Source: a bacterium (GTDB lineage: Bacteria > Patescibacteriota > Minisyncoccia > Minisyncoccales > GWA2-46-15). Taken from it: a DNA stretch of 64,000 bases. The translations under genes and the position numbers were made by a program. Each line of letters opens with the position of its first letter. Position 1 is the stretch's first letter. This document shows positions 1 to 8,595 of this stretch, piece by piece. The notes beneath the pieces are model-generated. The model did not search any database, had not been told where the DNA came from, and worked only from the letters and a program-made list of their open reading frames with translations. Where the stretch lies: NCBI GenBank assembly GCA_030693425.1, contig JAUYAM010000002.1, positions 186,949 through 250,948 on the forward strand. The letters run 5' to 3'.

Positions 1-1
1 T

Positions 2-334
2 ATAAAGTTTGAAACTTTTGGCTGTACGGTCGCAATAGCCAATACTAGTCTTTTAACTACGATGGTTAAGGGTAAAACTCTAAAAGAAGCGATGAAAATT
101 ACCAAAGATGATTTGATAAAGAAATTGGGAGAGATTCCTGTTTTTAAAATTCACTGTTCCTTGTTGGCAGTTGACGCTTTGGCCGAGGCTATTTACGATT
201 ATCTTTTAAAAAGCAACCAGCCTATTCCTAAAGGGTTTCAGGAAAAACACGAAAGAATAGAAAAGGAGAAAAAAGAGATAGAACGGCAACATGCTGAGTT
301 GGTAAAATTAGAAGAGGTATTGCATGAAGAATGA
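2..334 (+). CDS. iscU: Fe-S cluster scaffold protein IscU/NifU-like (5' partial, runs off window start)
   Basis: Frame is open to the window edge. Translation ...FGCTVAIANTSLLTTMVKGKTLKEA...KIHCSLLAVDALAEAIYDY matches the IscU C-terminal conserved Cys/His motif region. Confidence 0.75.
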   Translation: MKFETFGCTVAIANTSLLTTMVKGKTLKEAMKITKDDLIKKLGEIPVFKIHCSLLAVDALAEAIYDYLLKSNQPIPKGFQEKHERIEKEKKEIERQHAELVKLEEVLHEE

Positions 335-415
335 TTAAAAATATTTAAATATTGATGAAGAATTACGGAATAAAAGTATTTCGAGAAAAGTTAAAACTTA
401 AAAAACTATAGGATT

Positions 416-1261
416 ATGACCTGGCTGATTTACGCAATCATATCGGTTTTTACCGCTTCTCTCATCACTATTTTGCAGAGAGTTTTGATGAAGGACGAGG
501 ACAGTGATCCCCTTTCCTATACCATCGCTCTCGCGTTTTCCGGAGCCTTGATATGTTTGGCATTCGCTTTTATCAATGGTTTTAAAATGCCGCCTATCAA
601 GGAATATCCTTTGAACTTTGTCCTGGAAGCAATGCTTTATGCCTTCAGCACCCTGTTTGCTTTCAAAGCCTTAAAGCTGATTGAAGCTTCCAAAGGAACG
701 ATCATTTTGAGCTTTGGCAGCGTTGTAACCATAGCCGCTTCCGCTTTCTTTCTCAACGAATCCCTGACTGCCCAAAGGCTTTTAGGAACGGCTTTGATTA
801 TTATTTCCATTATTTTGGTTTCCGAATTAAAGGACTTTTCCATAAACAAGGGCGCTCTTTATGCCTTGATTGCCGCTATCCTTGGGGGTTTGGCCGTGGT
901 AAACGACGCCTATCTAATGAAGTTTTCAGATCCGACCTCATATACGGTTATAGGCTTTTTGCTGCCGGGACTGTTGTTGTCCTTGCTTTATCCAAGTTCG
1001 CTTAAAAAACTGAAAGGCCTTTTAAAGCCAAAGCCGGCCAAGACTATGTTTCTTTTGGCTTTTGTTTGGGCAGTTTCCGCCATTGCTTTTAACACGGCCA
1101 TTGGAAAAGGCGCCTTGGCATCCCAGATTTCTCCGATCTCTCAGTCAAAAGTCATCCTAACCGTGCTGCTGGCAGTAATCTTTTTGAAAGAAAAAGGCAA
1201 CCTGCCGGCGAAAATTGTCGCCGCCTTAATGACGATGGCAGGAGTGATGGTGATAAGATAG
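416..1261 (+). CDS. DMT-superfamily (EamA-like) membrane transporter
   Basis: 281 aa with ~10 hydrophobic helices and the duplicated EamA-like topology. Confidence 0.6.
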   Translation: MTWLIYAIISVFTASLITILQRVLMKDEDSDPLSYTIALAFSGALICLAFAFINGFKMPPIKEYPLNFVLEAMLYAFSTLFAFKALKLIEASKGTIILSFGSVVTIAASAFFLNESLTAQRLLGTALIIISIILVSELKDFSINKGALYALIAAILGGLAVVNDAYLMKFSDPTSYTVIGFLLPGLLLSLLYPSSLKKLKGLLKPKPAKTMFLLAFVWAVSAIAFNTAIGKGALASQISPISQSKVILTVLLAVIFLKEKGNLPAKIVAALMTMAGVMVIR

Positions 1262-3100
1262 TTATTCTACTGTTACTGATTTTGCCAAGTTTCTCGGTCT
1301 GTCTACATCGCGGCCGAGTTTTTTGGCAAAATAGTAAGCAAAAAGGTGGAGAGGGACGATCGTTAATAATGGCGTCAGCAGCTCTAGGGTTTTTGGGACA
1401 TAGACTACATCTTGCGCCAGCCTTTCCATTTTTCTATTTCCTTCGGTAGTCACGGCAATAATCCTGCCTCTTCTCGCCTTTATTTCTTCAAGATTGGAAG
1501 CGGTTTTTACATAGACAGAATCTTGCGGGGCGATGGCCACGGTCAGAAAGTTTTCATCAATCAGGGCAATGGGCCCGTGCTTGGTTTCGCCGGCAGCCAG
1601 GCCTTCGGCGTGGGCGTAAGATATCTCTTTAAGTTTTAAGGCGCCTTCGAGAGCGATCGGAAAGCTGTATTTTCTGCCTAGATAAAGGAAGTTTTTGTAA
1701 GAGAGGCATTTTGCCGCCAAATCCTCGATTGTCGGGGCACAGTCCAAAATGATTTTTTCGATTTTCTTTGGGATCTCGTTCAGCTCTTCCAGGATCTCTT
1801 TTCCCAAATCCTGAGGCATTTTCCTCTGCCTGGCCATCAAGACCATTAACAAAATCAAGTCTGTAATCTGGGCCAGAAAAGCTTTGGTTGAAGCGACGGC
1901 CAACTCCGGGCCGGCGTGAGAATAGATGCCGGCTGTAACCATTCTGGCGATCGAAGAGCCGACGACGTTGACTATGCCCAGCGTCAGAATTCCCCTATCT
2001 TTGGCTTCCTTGACTACGGACAGGGTGTCGGCAGTTTCTCCTGACTGGGAGACTGCCAGTAAAAGGGTTTTTTGAGTCATCACCGGCTTTCGGTACCTTA
2101 ATTCGGAAGCCAGATCGGCCTTGGTGGGAATTCCTGCATATTCTTCAAAAAAATACTCAGACAGCTTGGCCGCGTAAAAAGCGGTGCCGCAGCCGCAAAT
2201 CAGAATATTGTCTATATCTTTGAGCTTTTCTAAAATCCCTTCCAGGCCTCCGAGCCTTGCCGTTCCCTGCTCAAGCAGCAGCCTTCCTCTCAGAGTGTTT
2301 TCGACGGCTTTCGCCTCTTCAAAGATTTCTTTGATCATATAGTCGTCAAAGCTGCCCTTTTCCGTTTCCGCGGCGACGAAATCGATAATACCGTTTTCGG
2401 CTTTTGTTCCTTCTCTCAGAAAAGATTTTAGCTTAAAACCGTCCCTTTTTACGAAAGCGACGTCGCCGTCGTTGAGATAGACCACTTCTTTTGTCAGCGA
2501 GGCGATTGGCGTCTGGTCAGAGGCAACGATAAACTCTTCTTTGCCCGTGCCGAGAATCAAAGGACTGGAAAACCTTGAAGCGATCATGAGCTCGGGATAA
2601 TCCCTGTTGAAGATAAGAAAGGCGAAACTGCCTTTGACTTGTCTCAGGGCTTTCATGACCGCGTCTTCGTAAACAAGCCCTTCTTTCATCAGCTCTTCAA
2701 TCAGATGAGGAAAGACTTCGGTGTCTGTTTCTGAAGCAAAAACGTGGCCTTTTTCAATCAGGAGACTCTTGATAGTCTCAAAGTTTTCGATAATGCCGTT
2801 GTGGACGACAAAGATCTTTTTGGCGCAGTCCCAGTGGGGATGGGAATTTTCTTTGTTCACTTCGCCGTGAGTCGCCCACCGACTGTGGCCGATGCCCAAA
2901 CTGCCCTCGGCGTCAGGCTTGATAATCCTGATAAAGTCCTTGATTCTCCCCGGGCTTTTCTCAACGTAAGTCTCTTTTTTGTTTTCGTCATAGATTAAAA
3001 TCCCGACCGAGTCGTATCCACGGTATTCCAAGTTCTCCAATCCCTTAATGATTATTGGCAAAGCCTGTTTTTTACCGATATAACCGACAATTCCACACAT
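1262..3100 (-). CDS. glmS: glutamine--fructose-6-phosphate aminotransferase
   Basis: N-terminal MCGIVGY... (Ntn amidotransferase) and two SIS domains, 612 aa. Confidence 0.95.
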   Translation of the reverse strand: MCGIVGYIGKKQALPIIIKGLENLEYRGYDSVGILIYDENKKETYVEKSPGRIKDFIRIIKPDAEGSLGIGHSRWATHGEVNKENSHPHWDCAKKIFVVHNGIIENFETIKSLLIEKGHVFASETDTEVFPHLIEELMKEGLVYEDAVMKALRQVKGSFAFLIFNRDYPELMIASRFSSPLILGTGKEEFIVASDQTPIASLTKEVVYLNDGDVAFVKRDGFKLKSFLREGTKAENGIIDFVAAETEKGSFDDYMIKEIFEEAKAVENTLRGRLLLEQGTARLGGLEGILEKLKDIDNILICGCGTAFYAAKLSEYFFEEYAGIPTKADLASELRYRKPVMTQKTLLLAVSQSGETADTLSVVKEAKDRGILTLGIVNVVGSSIARMVTAGIYSHAGPELAVASTKAFLAQITDLILLMVLMARQRKMPQDLGKEILEELNEIPKKIEKIILDCAPTIEDLAAKCLSYKNFLYLGRKYSFPIALEGALKLKEISYAHAEGLAAGETKHGPIALIDENFLTVAIAPQDSVYVKTASNLEEIKARRGRIIAVTTEGNRKMERLAQDVVYVPKTLELLTPLLTIVPLHLFAYYFAKKLGRDVDRPRNLAKSVTVE

Positions 3101-3137
3101 GATGCTACTGCTAAAATTAAAAGTGAAAAGTTAAAAA

Positions 3138-3167
3138 TTGACCTTGACTGAGAAAATTTAATATGTT
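3138..3167 (+). promoter_or_regulatory. candidate sigma70-like promoter (TTGACC...TAATAT/TATGTT) upstream of the small zinc-ribbon gene
   Basis: TTGACC at 3138-3143 and TAATAT at 3159-3164. Spacing is suboptimal (15-18 nt depending on the -10 chosen). Confidence 0.25.
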
Positions 3168-3178
3168 TTAATCCAAGT

Positions 3179-3451
3179 ATGTCGCTCACAGGTGCGTTTT
3201 TTGTCACTCTTGGCGTCTGTGCGGTTTTCATGGTAATTTGGGAAATAGCGATCTGGACAGTCGGTTTTAATTGCCCAAATTGTCATGAGACGAGTTCTGG
3301 GCATCGTGGCGCAAAGATTTTCTGCTCCAAATGCGGAACACGAATGGTGCGAACGCCTAAGCCCGATCGCGTCGTCTGCAAGAAATGCGGACGACGAAAT
3401 GTCCAGCCTAACCGCTTCTGCGTGCATTGTGGCAATCAGCTACAGAACTAG
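3179..3451 (+). CDS. small membrane-anchored double zinc-ribbon protein (hypothetical)
   Basis: 90 aa: N-terminal TM helix followed by four CxxC pairs (CPNC, CSKC, CKKC, CVHC). Noticeably GC-richer than its neighbours. A hairpin terminator follows. Confidence 0.55.
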   Translation: MSLTGAFFVTLGVCAVFMVIWEIAIWTVGFNCPNCHETSSGHRGAKIFCSKCGTRMVRTPKPDRVVCKKCGRRNVQPNRFCVHCGNQLQN

Positions 3452-3565
3452 AGTGACCAACCGGAGCCGCTCGGACGTCAACCGGTTTACCAAAGCGGGA
3501 GAAAAGGGGGCAAAACAATGGAGAGCAGAGAATCGTTCCTGACAATAGCTCTCCATGATATTATA

Positions 3566-3593
3566 CCCGCACACATCGCTGTGCGGTTTTTTT
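3566..3593 (+). terminator. Rho-independent terminator (stem CCGCACA/TGTGCGG plus T7 run)
   Basis: 7-bp GC stem, 6-nt loop, then TTTTTTT. Overlaps the trmD stop on the opposite strand. Confidence 0.6.
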
Positions 3594-4359
3594 AATGAAT
3601 CGTTTTTAAACGCTTCTTTCTCCAGTCTTCAATCTTTTTATGATTTCCTTTTAACAGCACCTTGGGCACTTTCCAGCTTATTCCCTTTTTAGCCTGCCCG
3701 CCGTAGCCTTGCTTGTCCGCCGAAGCTTTAGCGGAGGCGGAGCGAAGGCGGGGATTAAAGATTTCCGGCCTGGTATATTGGGGGAATTCGGTGAATCCCC
3801 CGCCTTTTTCAATCCTTTCGGGAAGATTCTCTGAATGGCCCAAGACTCCGGGAATCAATCTCGATACGGATTCCATCACCGCCATGGCCGCCACCTCCCC
3901 TCCCATCATAACATAATCGCCGACAGACACCTGTTCATCAACCAGATATTTTGCCACTCTCTCGTCCACGCCCTCATATCTGCCGCAAACCATGATAATT
4001 CGGTTGAGCTTGGAATATTGATAGGCTGTTTTCTGGTTGAATTTCTTTCCCCTTGGAGAAAATAGAATAGTCTTGAATTTTGCCCCGTCATTCGACGGGG
4101 CACCCTGTCGGATGACAGGGTGATTTTTAATTTTCAGTGCAGTGAGCGCGCGATAGATCGGTTCAATCTTTATGACCATCCCCCTTCCGCCGCCAAAAGG
4201 CCTGTCGTCAACCGTTCTGTGCTTGTCTTTGGCCCACCTTCTTAAATCAAAAACCCTGATTTTAATCAGTTTTTGCTTTTGCGCCCTTTTTATAATCGAC
4301 TCATTCAGGAATGAGTCAAAGAATTTCGGGAAAATGGTGATAATGTCAAAAGTAAGCAT
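3592..4359 (-). CDS. trmD: tRNA (guanine37-N1)-methyltransferase TrmD, carrying in-frame GC-rich inserts
   Basis: SPOUT-family TrmD motifs (MLTFDIITIFP..., VCGRYEGVDERV, YTRPE). Extra segments HPVIRQGAPSNDGAK (encoded by two tandem GC hairpins at 4083-4122) and NPRLRSASAKASADKQGYGGQAKKG near the C-terminus. Confidence 0.9.
   Translation of the reverse strand: MLTFDIITIFPKFFDSFLNESIIKRAQKQKLIKIRVFDLRRWAKDKHRTVDDRPFGGGRGMVIKIEPIYRALTALKIKNHPVIRQGAPSNDGAKFKTILFSPRGKKFNQKTAYQYSKLNRIIMVCGRYEGVDERVAKYLVDEQVSVGDYVMMGGEVAAMAVMESVSRLIPGVLGHSENLPERIEKGGGFTEFPQYTRPEIFNPRLRSASAKASADKQGYGGQAKKGISWKVPKVLLKGNHKKIEDWRKKRLKTIH
4083..4122. repeat. two tandem perfect GC-rich hairpins (CCCCGTC-ATTC-GACGGGG; CACCCTGTC-GGAT-GACAGGGTG) inserted in-frame in trmD
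   Basis: Read directly from the sequence. 40 nt of locally high GC, palindromic, inside the trmD reading frame. Confidence 0.8.
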
Positions 4360-4410
4360 TTTTAGAAACTGATCAACACAGATTTTTGACAGATTTCCAC
4401 TGATACACTA

Positions 4411-4455
4411 ATCCGTGAATCCGTCAGAATCCGTAACAGATCCGTGTTGATCCGT
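4411..4455. repeat. array of five ATCCGT hexamers phased ~10 nt apart in the KH–trmD intercistronic spacer
   Basis: Copies at 4411, 4419, 4429, 4440 and 4450. Helical-turn periodicity suggests one face of the DNA. Confidence 0.6.
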
Positions 4456-4533
4456 AGTATAAACAAAAACGGTGACACTTTTCAGGGTAGCACCGTCTTC
4501 GCCGATTGTAAAATTAACCGGAATATTCTTTGT

Positions 4534-4857
4534 TTAGAGTTTCAGGTCTTCCAGGGTGGCGCTGACTTCTCCCTCTTGAGTTCTTTGTCTGGGAACTCTG
4601 CCGCCTTCGGGCTCCTCGATCTTGAGGTTGACCCGGGCGTGATTCTTCAGCCCGACAATTCTCACCAGGCTTCTGATGGATCTTGCCGTGGCTCCGCCCC
4701 GGCCGATGATCTGGCCCATGTCCTCGGGGTTGAGTTTCAATGAGAGCAAAACTCCCATTTCGTCAACCCTTCTATCAACCTTGACGTCCTCGGGGTGATC
4801 AACCAAGGCCTTGATAAGGAATTCCAGAAAGTCCTGATCTGCGATTACTTTTTCCAT
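4534..4857 (-). CDS. khpA: KH-domain RNA-binding protein (KhpA/YlqC-like)
   Basis: 107 aa with a KH GXXG loop (IGRGGATARSIRSL). Conserved position between rpsP and trmD. Confidence 0.8.
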   Translation of the reverse strand: MEKVIADQDFLEFLIKALVDHPEDVKVDRRVDEMGVLLSLKLNPEDMGQIIGRGGATARSIRSLVRIVGLKNHARVNLKIEEPEGGRVPRQRTQEGEVSATLEDLKL

Positions 4858-4962
4858 TTTTCTTTTGGTGTTAAAAGGATCTTCCGTATTGATCGACCTT
4901 TCTTTCTCGATTCTCTAGATAGATGAAAGTCATTCAGGAGAACCGCGCTAATTAAAGTATAT

Positions 4963-5499
4963 CTATTGTTTTTCTTCTGTCAACCCCGGTTTTGTTTCTG
5001 GTTCGGCCTTCTCCTCTGCAGGCTTTGTTTCAGCTATCGGCTCTGGTTTTTCTTCTGCTTTGGGCTCCTCTGCAGGCTTTTCCGTTTCTTCTGCTTTTCC
5101 AGGTTTTGGCTCTTCGGCGGGTTTTGGTTCTTCAGCAGGCTTCGGTTCTTCTTTTGGCTCCGGTTCTTTCTCTAAAGCTGGCTTTTCCGCCGGTTTTGCT
5201 TCTTTGGCTGCTTCGGGTTTTTCTTTCTTTGACTTTTTGATGGTAATCTTTCTTTTTGCCCCTTCAATAACCTTTTCTGATATCAAGAGGTTATGGACTG
5301 TGTCTGAAGCTATGGCGCCGACTCCCAGCCAGTATTTTAAACGGTCAGCTTTTAGAATCTTTTCTTTGGTCAGAGGATTGTAAAAACCGACCTCTTCGAC
5401 AAAACGGCCAGCTCTCGAAGCATGTTTTTTTTCGGTGACGACGATTTTGAAAACTGGCTGATTTTTCTTACCGACTCGAAATAATCTGATGACTAGCAT
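4963..5499 (-). CDS. rpsP: 30S ribosomal protein S16 with a C-terminal low-complexity (PAEEPK)n extension
   Basis: MLVIRLFRVGKKNQPVFKIVV... matches the S16 N-terminus. The ORF-track start at 5544 is probably too far upstream. The last ~100 aa are E/P/K/A repeats. Confidence 0.85.
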   Translation of the reverse strand: MLVIRLFRVGKKNQPVFKIVVTEKKHASRAGRFVEEVGFYNPLTKEKILKADRLKYWLGVGAIASDTVHNLLISEKVIEGAKRKITIKKSKKEKPEAAKEAKPAEKPALEKEPEPKEEPKPAEEPKPAEEPKPGKAEETEKPAEEPKAEEKPEPIAETKPAEEKAEPETKPGLTEEKQ

Positions 5500-5524
5500 G
5501 GCTTGAGTCCTAGAAGGACGAGAG

Positions 5525-5633
5525 ACACCCCGCCCTCTAAGCAATTAATCTTTTCTTAAGTTTTCTTTCTCTGTCTCTGGCGAGTTTTTCAAATTGATAA
5601 GCTTCGTAATACATAAAGCATAGAGGGCGGGGT
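5525..5633. repeat. IR-flanked element: 12-bp perfect inverted repeats ACCCCGCCCTCT/AGAGGGCGGGGT enclosing an 85-nt AT-rich interior, in the rnc–rpsP spacer
   Basis: Arms at 5525-5536 and 5622-5633 are exact reverse complements. Confidence 0.6.
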
Positions 5634-5643
5634 TGCGTTCGTT

Positions 5644-6339
5644 TCACTCACTCCACTTTTTGACTTTTAGGGCGTGTTCGGCCGCCTGCTCTTCGGCTTC
5701 CTGCTTTGAAGAGCCTTCGCCTTTGGCAACCATCTCTTCTCCGAGAAAGACTCCGATTTGAAAGTATTTGACATGGTCTGGTCCGGATTCCTTGAGCACC
5801 TTGTAGGTCGGAGTGACGGCCACTTTTTCTTGGGCCTCCTCCTGGAAATGGGATTTTGAGTCTTTGAAAAGGCCTTTGCTGATGATTTCCGGAAGCTTGT
5901 TAGTCAGGTGTTTTTTGATAAAAGTTTGGCAGATTTTATATCCCTGGTCAAGATAGAGGGAGCCGATAAAGGCTTCAAAAGCGTTTGCCAGGATGAACGA
6001 CCTGGCTTTTCCGGCGTCTTTTGTCTCGCCTCGAGACAGCAGCAAGTAATCGTTGAAGTTCAGGGATTTGGCGGTTTCGGCCAAGCTGTCAGAATTAACC
6101 AGAGCCGCCCGCCAAGAAGTCAGTTCTCCCTCGGTTTTCTTCGGATAATCAAGGTAAAGGAACTCCGTGACCACCAGTTCTAAGATGGCGTCCCCCAGAA
6201 ACTCCAGCCTTTCGTTGTGCTCTAAATTAAACTTTGAGTTCTCGTTGAGATATGACCTGTGGCAGAAAGCTTGAGTCAGCAAATCTTTGTTCTTGAACTT
6301 CAAATTCAGGTCCTTTTCCAGTTTTGCAAAATCCTTCAT
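5644..6339 (-). CDS. rnc: ribonuclease III
   Basis: RNase III signature ERLEFLGDA plus a C-terminal dsRBD. Confidence 0.93.
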   Translation of the reverse strand: MKDFAKLEKDLNLKFKNKDLLTQAFCHRSYLNENSKFNLEHNERLEFLGDAILELVVTEFLYLDYPKKTEGELTSWRAALVNSDSLAETAKSLNFNDYLLLSRGETKDAGKARSFILANAFEAFIGSLYLDQGYKICQTFIKKHLTNKLPEIISKGLFKDSKSHFQEEAQEKVAVTPTYKVLKESGPDHVKYFQIGVFLGEEMVAKGEGSSKQEAEEQAAEHALKVKKWSE

Positions 6340-6344
6340 GAAGA

Positions 6345-7241
6345 TTAAGTATTTTGGTTGTTATTTTCTTGATTCAAAGTCTTAATTGCTTCCTCTATGG
6401 AAGACCTGACCCGCTGATACTGCTTCAAATCGGAAATCTCTTCTAGGCCGAACCATTTTGCGTCTTTGATGCCGCTGCTTTTCTCTACTTTGAGCTCGGC
6501 GTTTTCCGGAGCTTCCAGGAGAAAATCGGTCACCTGCCTTTTTATCAGGCCCTTGTCCGGCTCGTGGGCCACGTATTGTCTTTCGCCGATCTTCTTTATA
6601 ATCTTAAGTTCAGTCAAGCCTAGTTCCTCTTTGATTTCCCGAAGAGCGGTTTCTTCCGGAGTCTCGTTTCCTTCGGCGTGGCCTTTGGGCAGAGTCCAGC
6701 GGCCAAAGACGTCGAGCAAAAGGGCGATTTGCCAAACACCGTCTTTTTTCCGATAGACCACCCCTCCGGACAAAAGCTCAAAAGGGATTTTGTCGCCAGC
6801 CTTGGCAATCTCCTCTTCTTCGATATCTTCGATCCCCTTATAAACGGTCCCCAAGACTCCGTTGACGAATCTGCCCGAACTCTCGCCGCCGAATGATTTT
6901 GCCAACTCAATGGCTTCATTGATAGCTACTTTTGGCGGCACTTCCTCTTTTTTAGCGTAGAGAAGCTCGAAAAGCCCGATCCTCAGGACATTCCTGTCAA
7001 CCATGGTAATTTGTTCTAGAGGCCATTCAGGGGCGGACTCGATAATGATTTTATCTATCTTAGATAAATGGTCTGTTACTCCTTTGACCAATTGCTTTGC
7101 GAAATCCTGGCTTTCTAAGCCCGGTCCGAATTCTTTGAGATTCTGATCGACGATCTCGTCAATGTTGTCTGATTTACCATAAAAATCCCACTCGAAAAGG
7201 GATTGCATGGCAATTGATCGTGATAAATGACGGCTGGCCAT
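6345..7241 (-). CDS. nusB: transcription antitermination factor NusB fused to a C-terminal NUDIX hydrolase domain
   Basis: The N-terminal ~140 aa are NusB-like. The C-terminal domain carries a Nudix box, GHAEGNETPEETALREIKEELGL (GX5EX7REUXEEXGU). Confidence 0.8.
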   Translation of the reverse strand: MASRHLSRSIAMQSLFEWDFYGKSDNIDEIVDQNLKEFGPGLESQDFAKQLVKGVTDHLSKIDKIIIESAPEWPLEQITMVDRNVLRIGLFELLYAKKEEVPPKVAINEAIELAKSFGGESSGRFVNGVLGTVYKGIEDIEEEEIAKAGDKIPFELLSGGVVYRKKDGVWQIALLLDVFGRWTLPKGHAEGNETPEETALREIKEELGLTELKIIKKIGERQYVAHEPDKGLIKRQVTDFLLEAPENAELKVEKSSGIKDAKWFGLEEISDLKQYQRVRSSIEEAIKTLNQENNNQNT

Positions 7242-7328
7242 AAATCATTTAAACATTTTATCATCTTAACATTCAAACAGCTGATTTGTCGGAATGCTAA
7301 AATGCTTAAATGTTAGAATGTTAGAATG

Positions 7329-7574
7329 TTAGGATGTTTCTGGTTTAGGTTCCAGGCCTTTTTCTGCCCTTTTCTTTCTTTTCTTTTCAGCTTTCTTTAA
7401 AACATTGATGATTTCTCTGTTCTGGTAATAGCCGCAGTTCTTGCAGATGGTATGGGGAAGGCTCGGCTTTTTGCAATGGGAGCAGACAGTCAGGCTTGGC
7501 TGAACTAAAAAAATCTGGGATCTTCTTTTATCCCTTCTTGACTTAGTATGCCGTTGTTTTGGTACGCCACCCAT
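7329..7574 (-). CDS. rpmF: 50S ribosomal protein L32 with a K-rich C-terminal tail
   Basis: N-terminus GVPKQRHTKSRRDKRRS plus the CxxC...CxxC zinc ribbon. Confidence 0.85.
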   Translation of the reverse strand: MGGVPKQRHTKSRRDKRRSQIFLVQPSLTVCSHCKKPSLPHTICKNCGYYQNREIINVLKKAEKKRKKRAEKGLEPKPETS

Positions 7575-7580
7575 ACGTAA

Positions 7581-7615
7581 AGTATCTAGTAGTTAGTATT
7601 TAGTAGTTAGTATTC
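7581..7615. repeat. AT-rich TAGTAT/GTATYT-unit repeat (family A), copy 1, immediately upstream of the rpmF start
   Basis: AGTATCTAGTAGTTAGTATTTAGTAGTTAGTATT. Confidence 0.7.
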
Positions 7616-7753
7616 TTCTAACGGAAATTCTAATTTAAATGATAGCAAAACCTATATTTTTTGGCAATGCTTATCTTGACCATACAAGACAGCAATAGGT
7701 CTGACAACAAAAACTGCCCTCCCCAAGAAACAAGGAAGGCAGACTTTTTTTAA

Positions 7754-7872
7754 CCCTCTCGAGATGGTCGCGAGACATAATATAAGTCCCCTAAGTCCCC
7801 GCTTCCCGCGCCCGCGGACCGCGTAGCTCCACCTATAGCTCCGCCTATAAACTCAGTGCGGACTCGAGAGGG
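7754..7872. repeat. IR-flanked GC-rich element (CCCTCTCGAG ... CTCGAGAGGG) with internal direct repeats, in the rpmF–rnhB spacer
   Basis: 10-bp terminal IRs. The interior has AAGTCCCC x2, TAGCTCC(A/G)CCTATA x2 and CCGCGG. It is much more GC-rich than the flanking sequence. Confidence 0.55.
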
Positions 7873-7932
7873 CAAACCCTAAGAAGTAAATCTGCTTTGA
7901 GTATATCATTAAAAAAGAGGGTTGTCAACTTT

Positions 7933-8595
7933 TTAGGTAATCGGTCGGAAGGTTTTCCGATGAATCTTGCAGGGGCCGTACTTTTTAAGCTGCTTTAAAT
8001 GGAGTTTTGTGCCATAGCCTTTGTGCAAATCAAAACGGTAGCGCGGATACTTTTTGTGATAATTAACCATGATTCTGTCCCGGGTGACTTTGGCTAATAT
8101 GGAAGCTGCGGCGCAGGAAAAAACCTTTTCATCACCTTTGACAATTGACTTTTGCGATAACGGCAGATTTAATTTGAAATTTCCGTCCAAAATCAAAAAA
8201 CTTAAGCCTACAGATTTTTCACGATCGTGTGATTTTGGTAATTTATGTAATTTGTTGTTTAGGTTTCTCAAGGCTTTGACCATGGCTAGCTTGGTTGCTT
8301 CCAAGATATTGATTCTGTCGATCACTTTTTCGCTCACTATTCCTATCCCCCACCGCAACCGAGTATCTTTGAGAATAGTTTTATAAATTATTTCTCTTTG
8401 CAAAGAAGATAATTGTTTAGAATCTTTAACTTTGGTTTTAGTATTTAGTATCTGGTATTTAGTATCTAGTATGCTGACGGCGCCGGCGACGACCGGGCCA
8501 GCCAACGGGCCGCGACCTGCTTCGTCTAAACCAACGACTGTTTTATAGCCTTTTTTCCAAAGCTTTTTTTCTTGATAAAGATTAGGATATTTCAT
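7933..8595 (-). CDS. rnhB: ribonuclease HII, with a family-A repeat embedded in-frame
   Basis: GLDEAGRGPLAGPVVAGAV and the DSKQLS motif. The segment ILDTKYQILNTKTK is encoded by a GTATYT repeat at 8440-8473. Confidence 0.88.
   Translation of the reverse strand: MKYPNLYQEKKLWKKGYKTVVGLDEAGRGPLAGPVVAGAVSILDTKYQILNTKTKVKDSKQLSSLQREIIYKTILKDTRLRWGIGIVSEKVIDRINILEATKLAMVKALRNLNNKLHKLPKSHDREKSVGLSFLILDGNFKLNLPLSQKSIVKGDEKVFSCAAASILAKVTRDRIMVNYHKKYPRYRFDLHKGYGTKLHLKQLKKYGPCKIHRKTFRPIT
8440..8473. repeat. AT-rich GTATYT-unit repeat (family A), copy 2, inside the rnhB coding sequence
   Basis: TTTAGTATTTAGTATCTGGTATTTAGTATCTAGTATG. It translates in the rnhB frame as LDTKYQILNTK. Confidence 0.7.

Noticed and set aside
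3101-3178. glmS ribozyme upstream of glmS
   Set aside because: Only 78 nt lie between the glmS start and the next gene. This is too short, and no ribozyme core motifs are present.
3285-3542. Alternative-frame ORFs overlapping the zinc-ribbon gene and trmD (3158-3427, 3285-3542, 3713-4103)
   Set aside because: They are frame-shadow ORFs inside GC-richer segments, with no start context and no family resemblance.
5500-5544. Longer N-terminus for S16 (MLRGRGVSRPSRTQA…) as in the ORF track
   Set aside because: The S16 family starts at MLVIRL…. The extension overlaps the IR element arm and is most likely untranslated.
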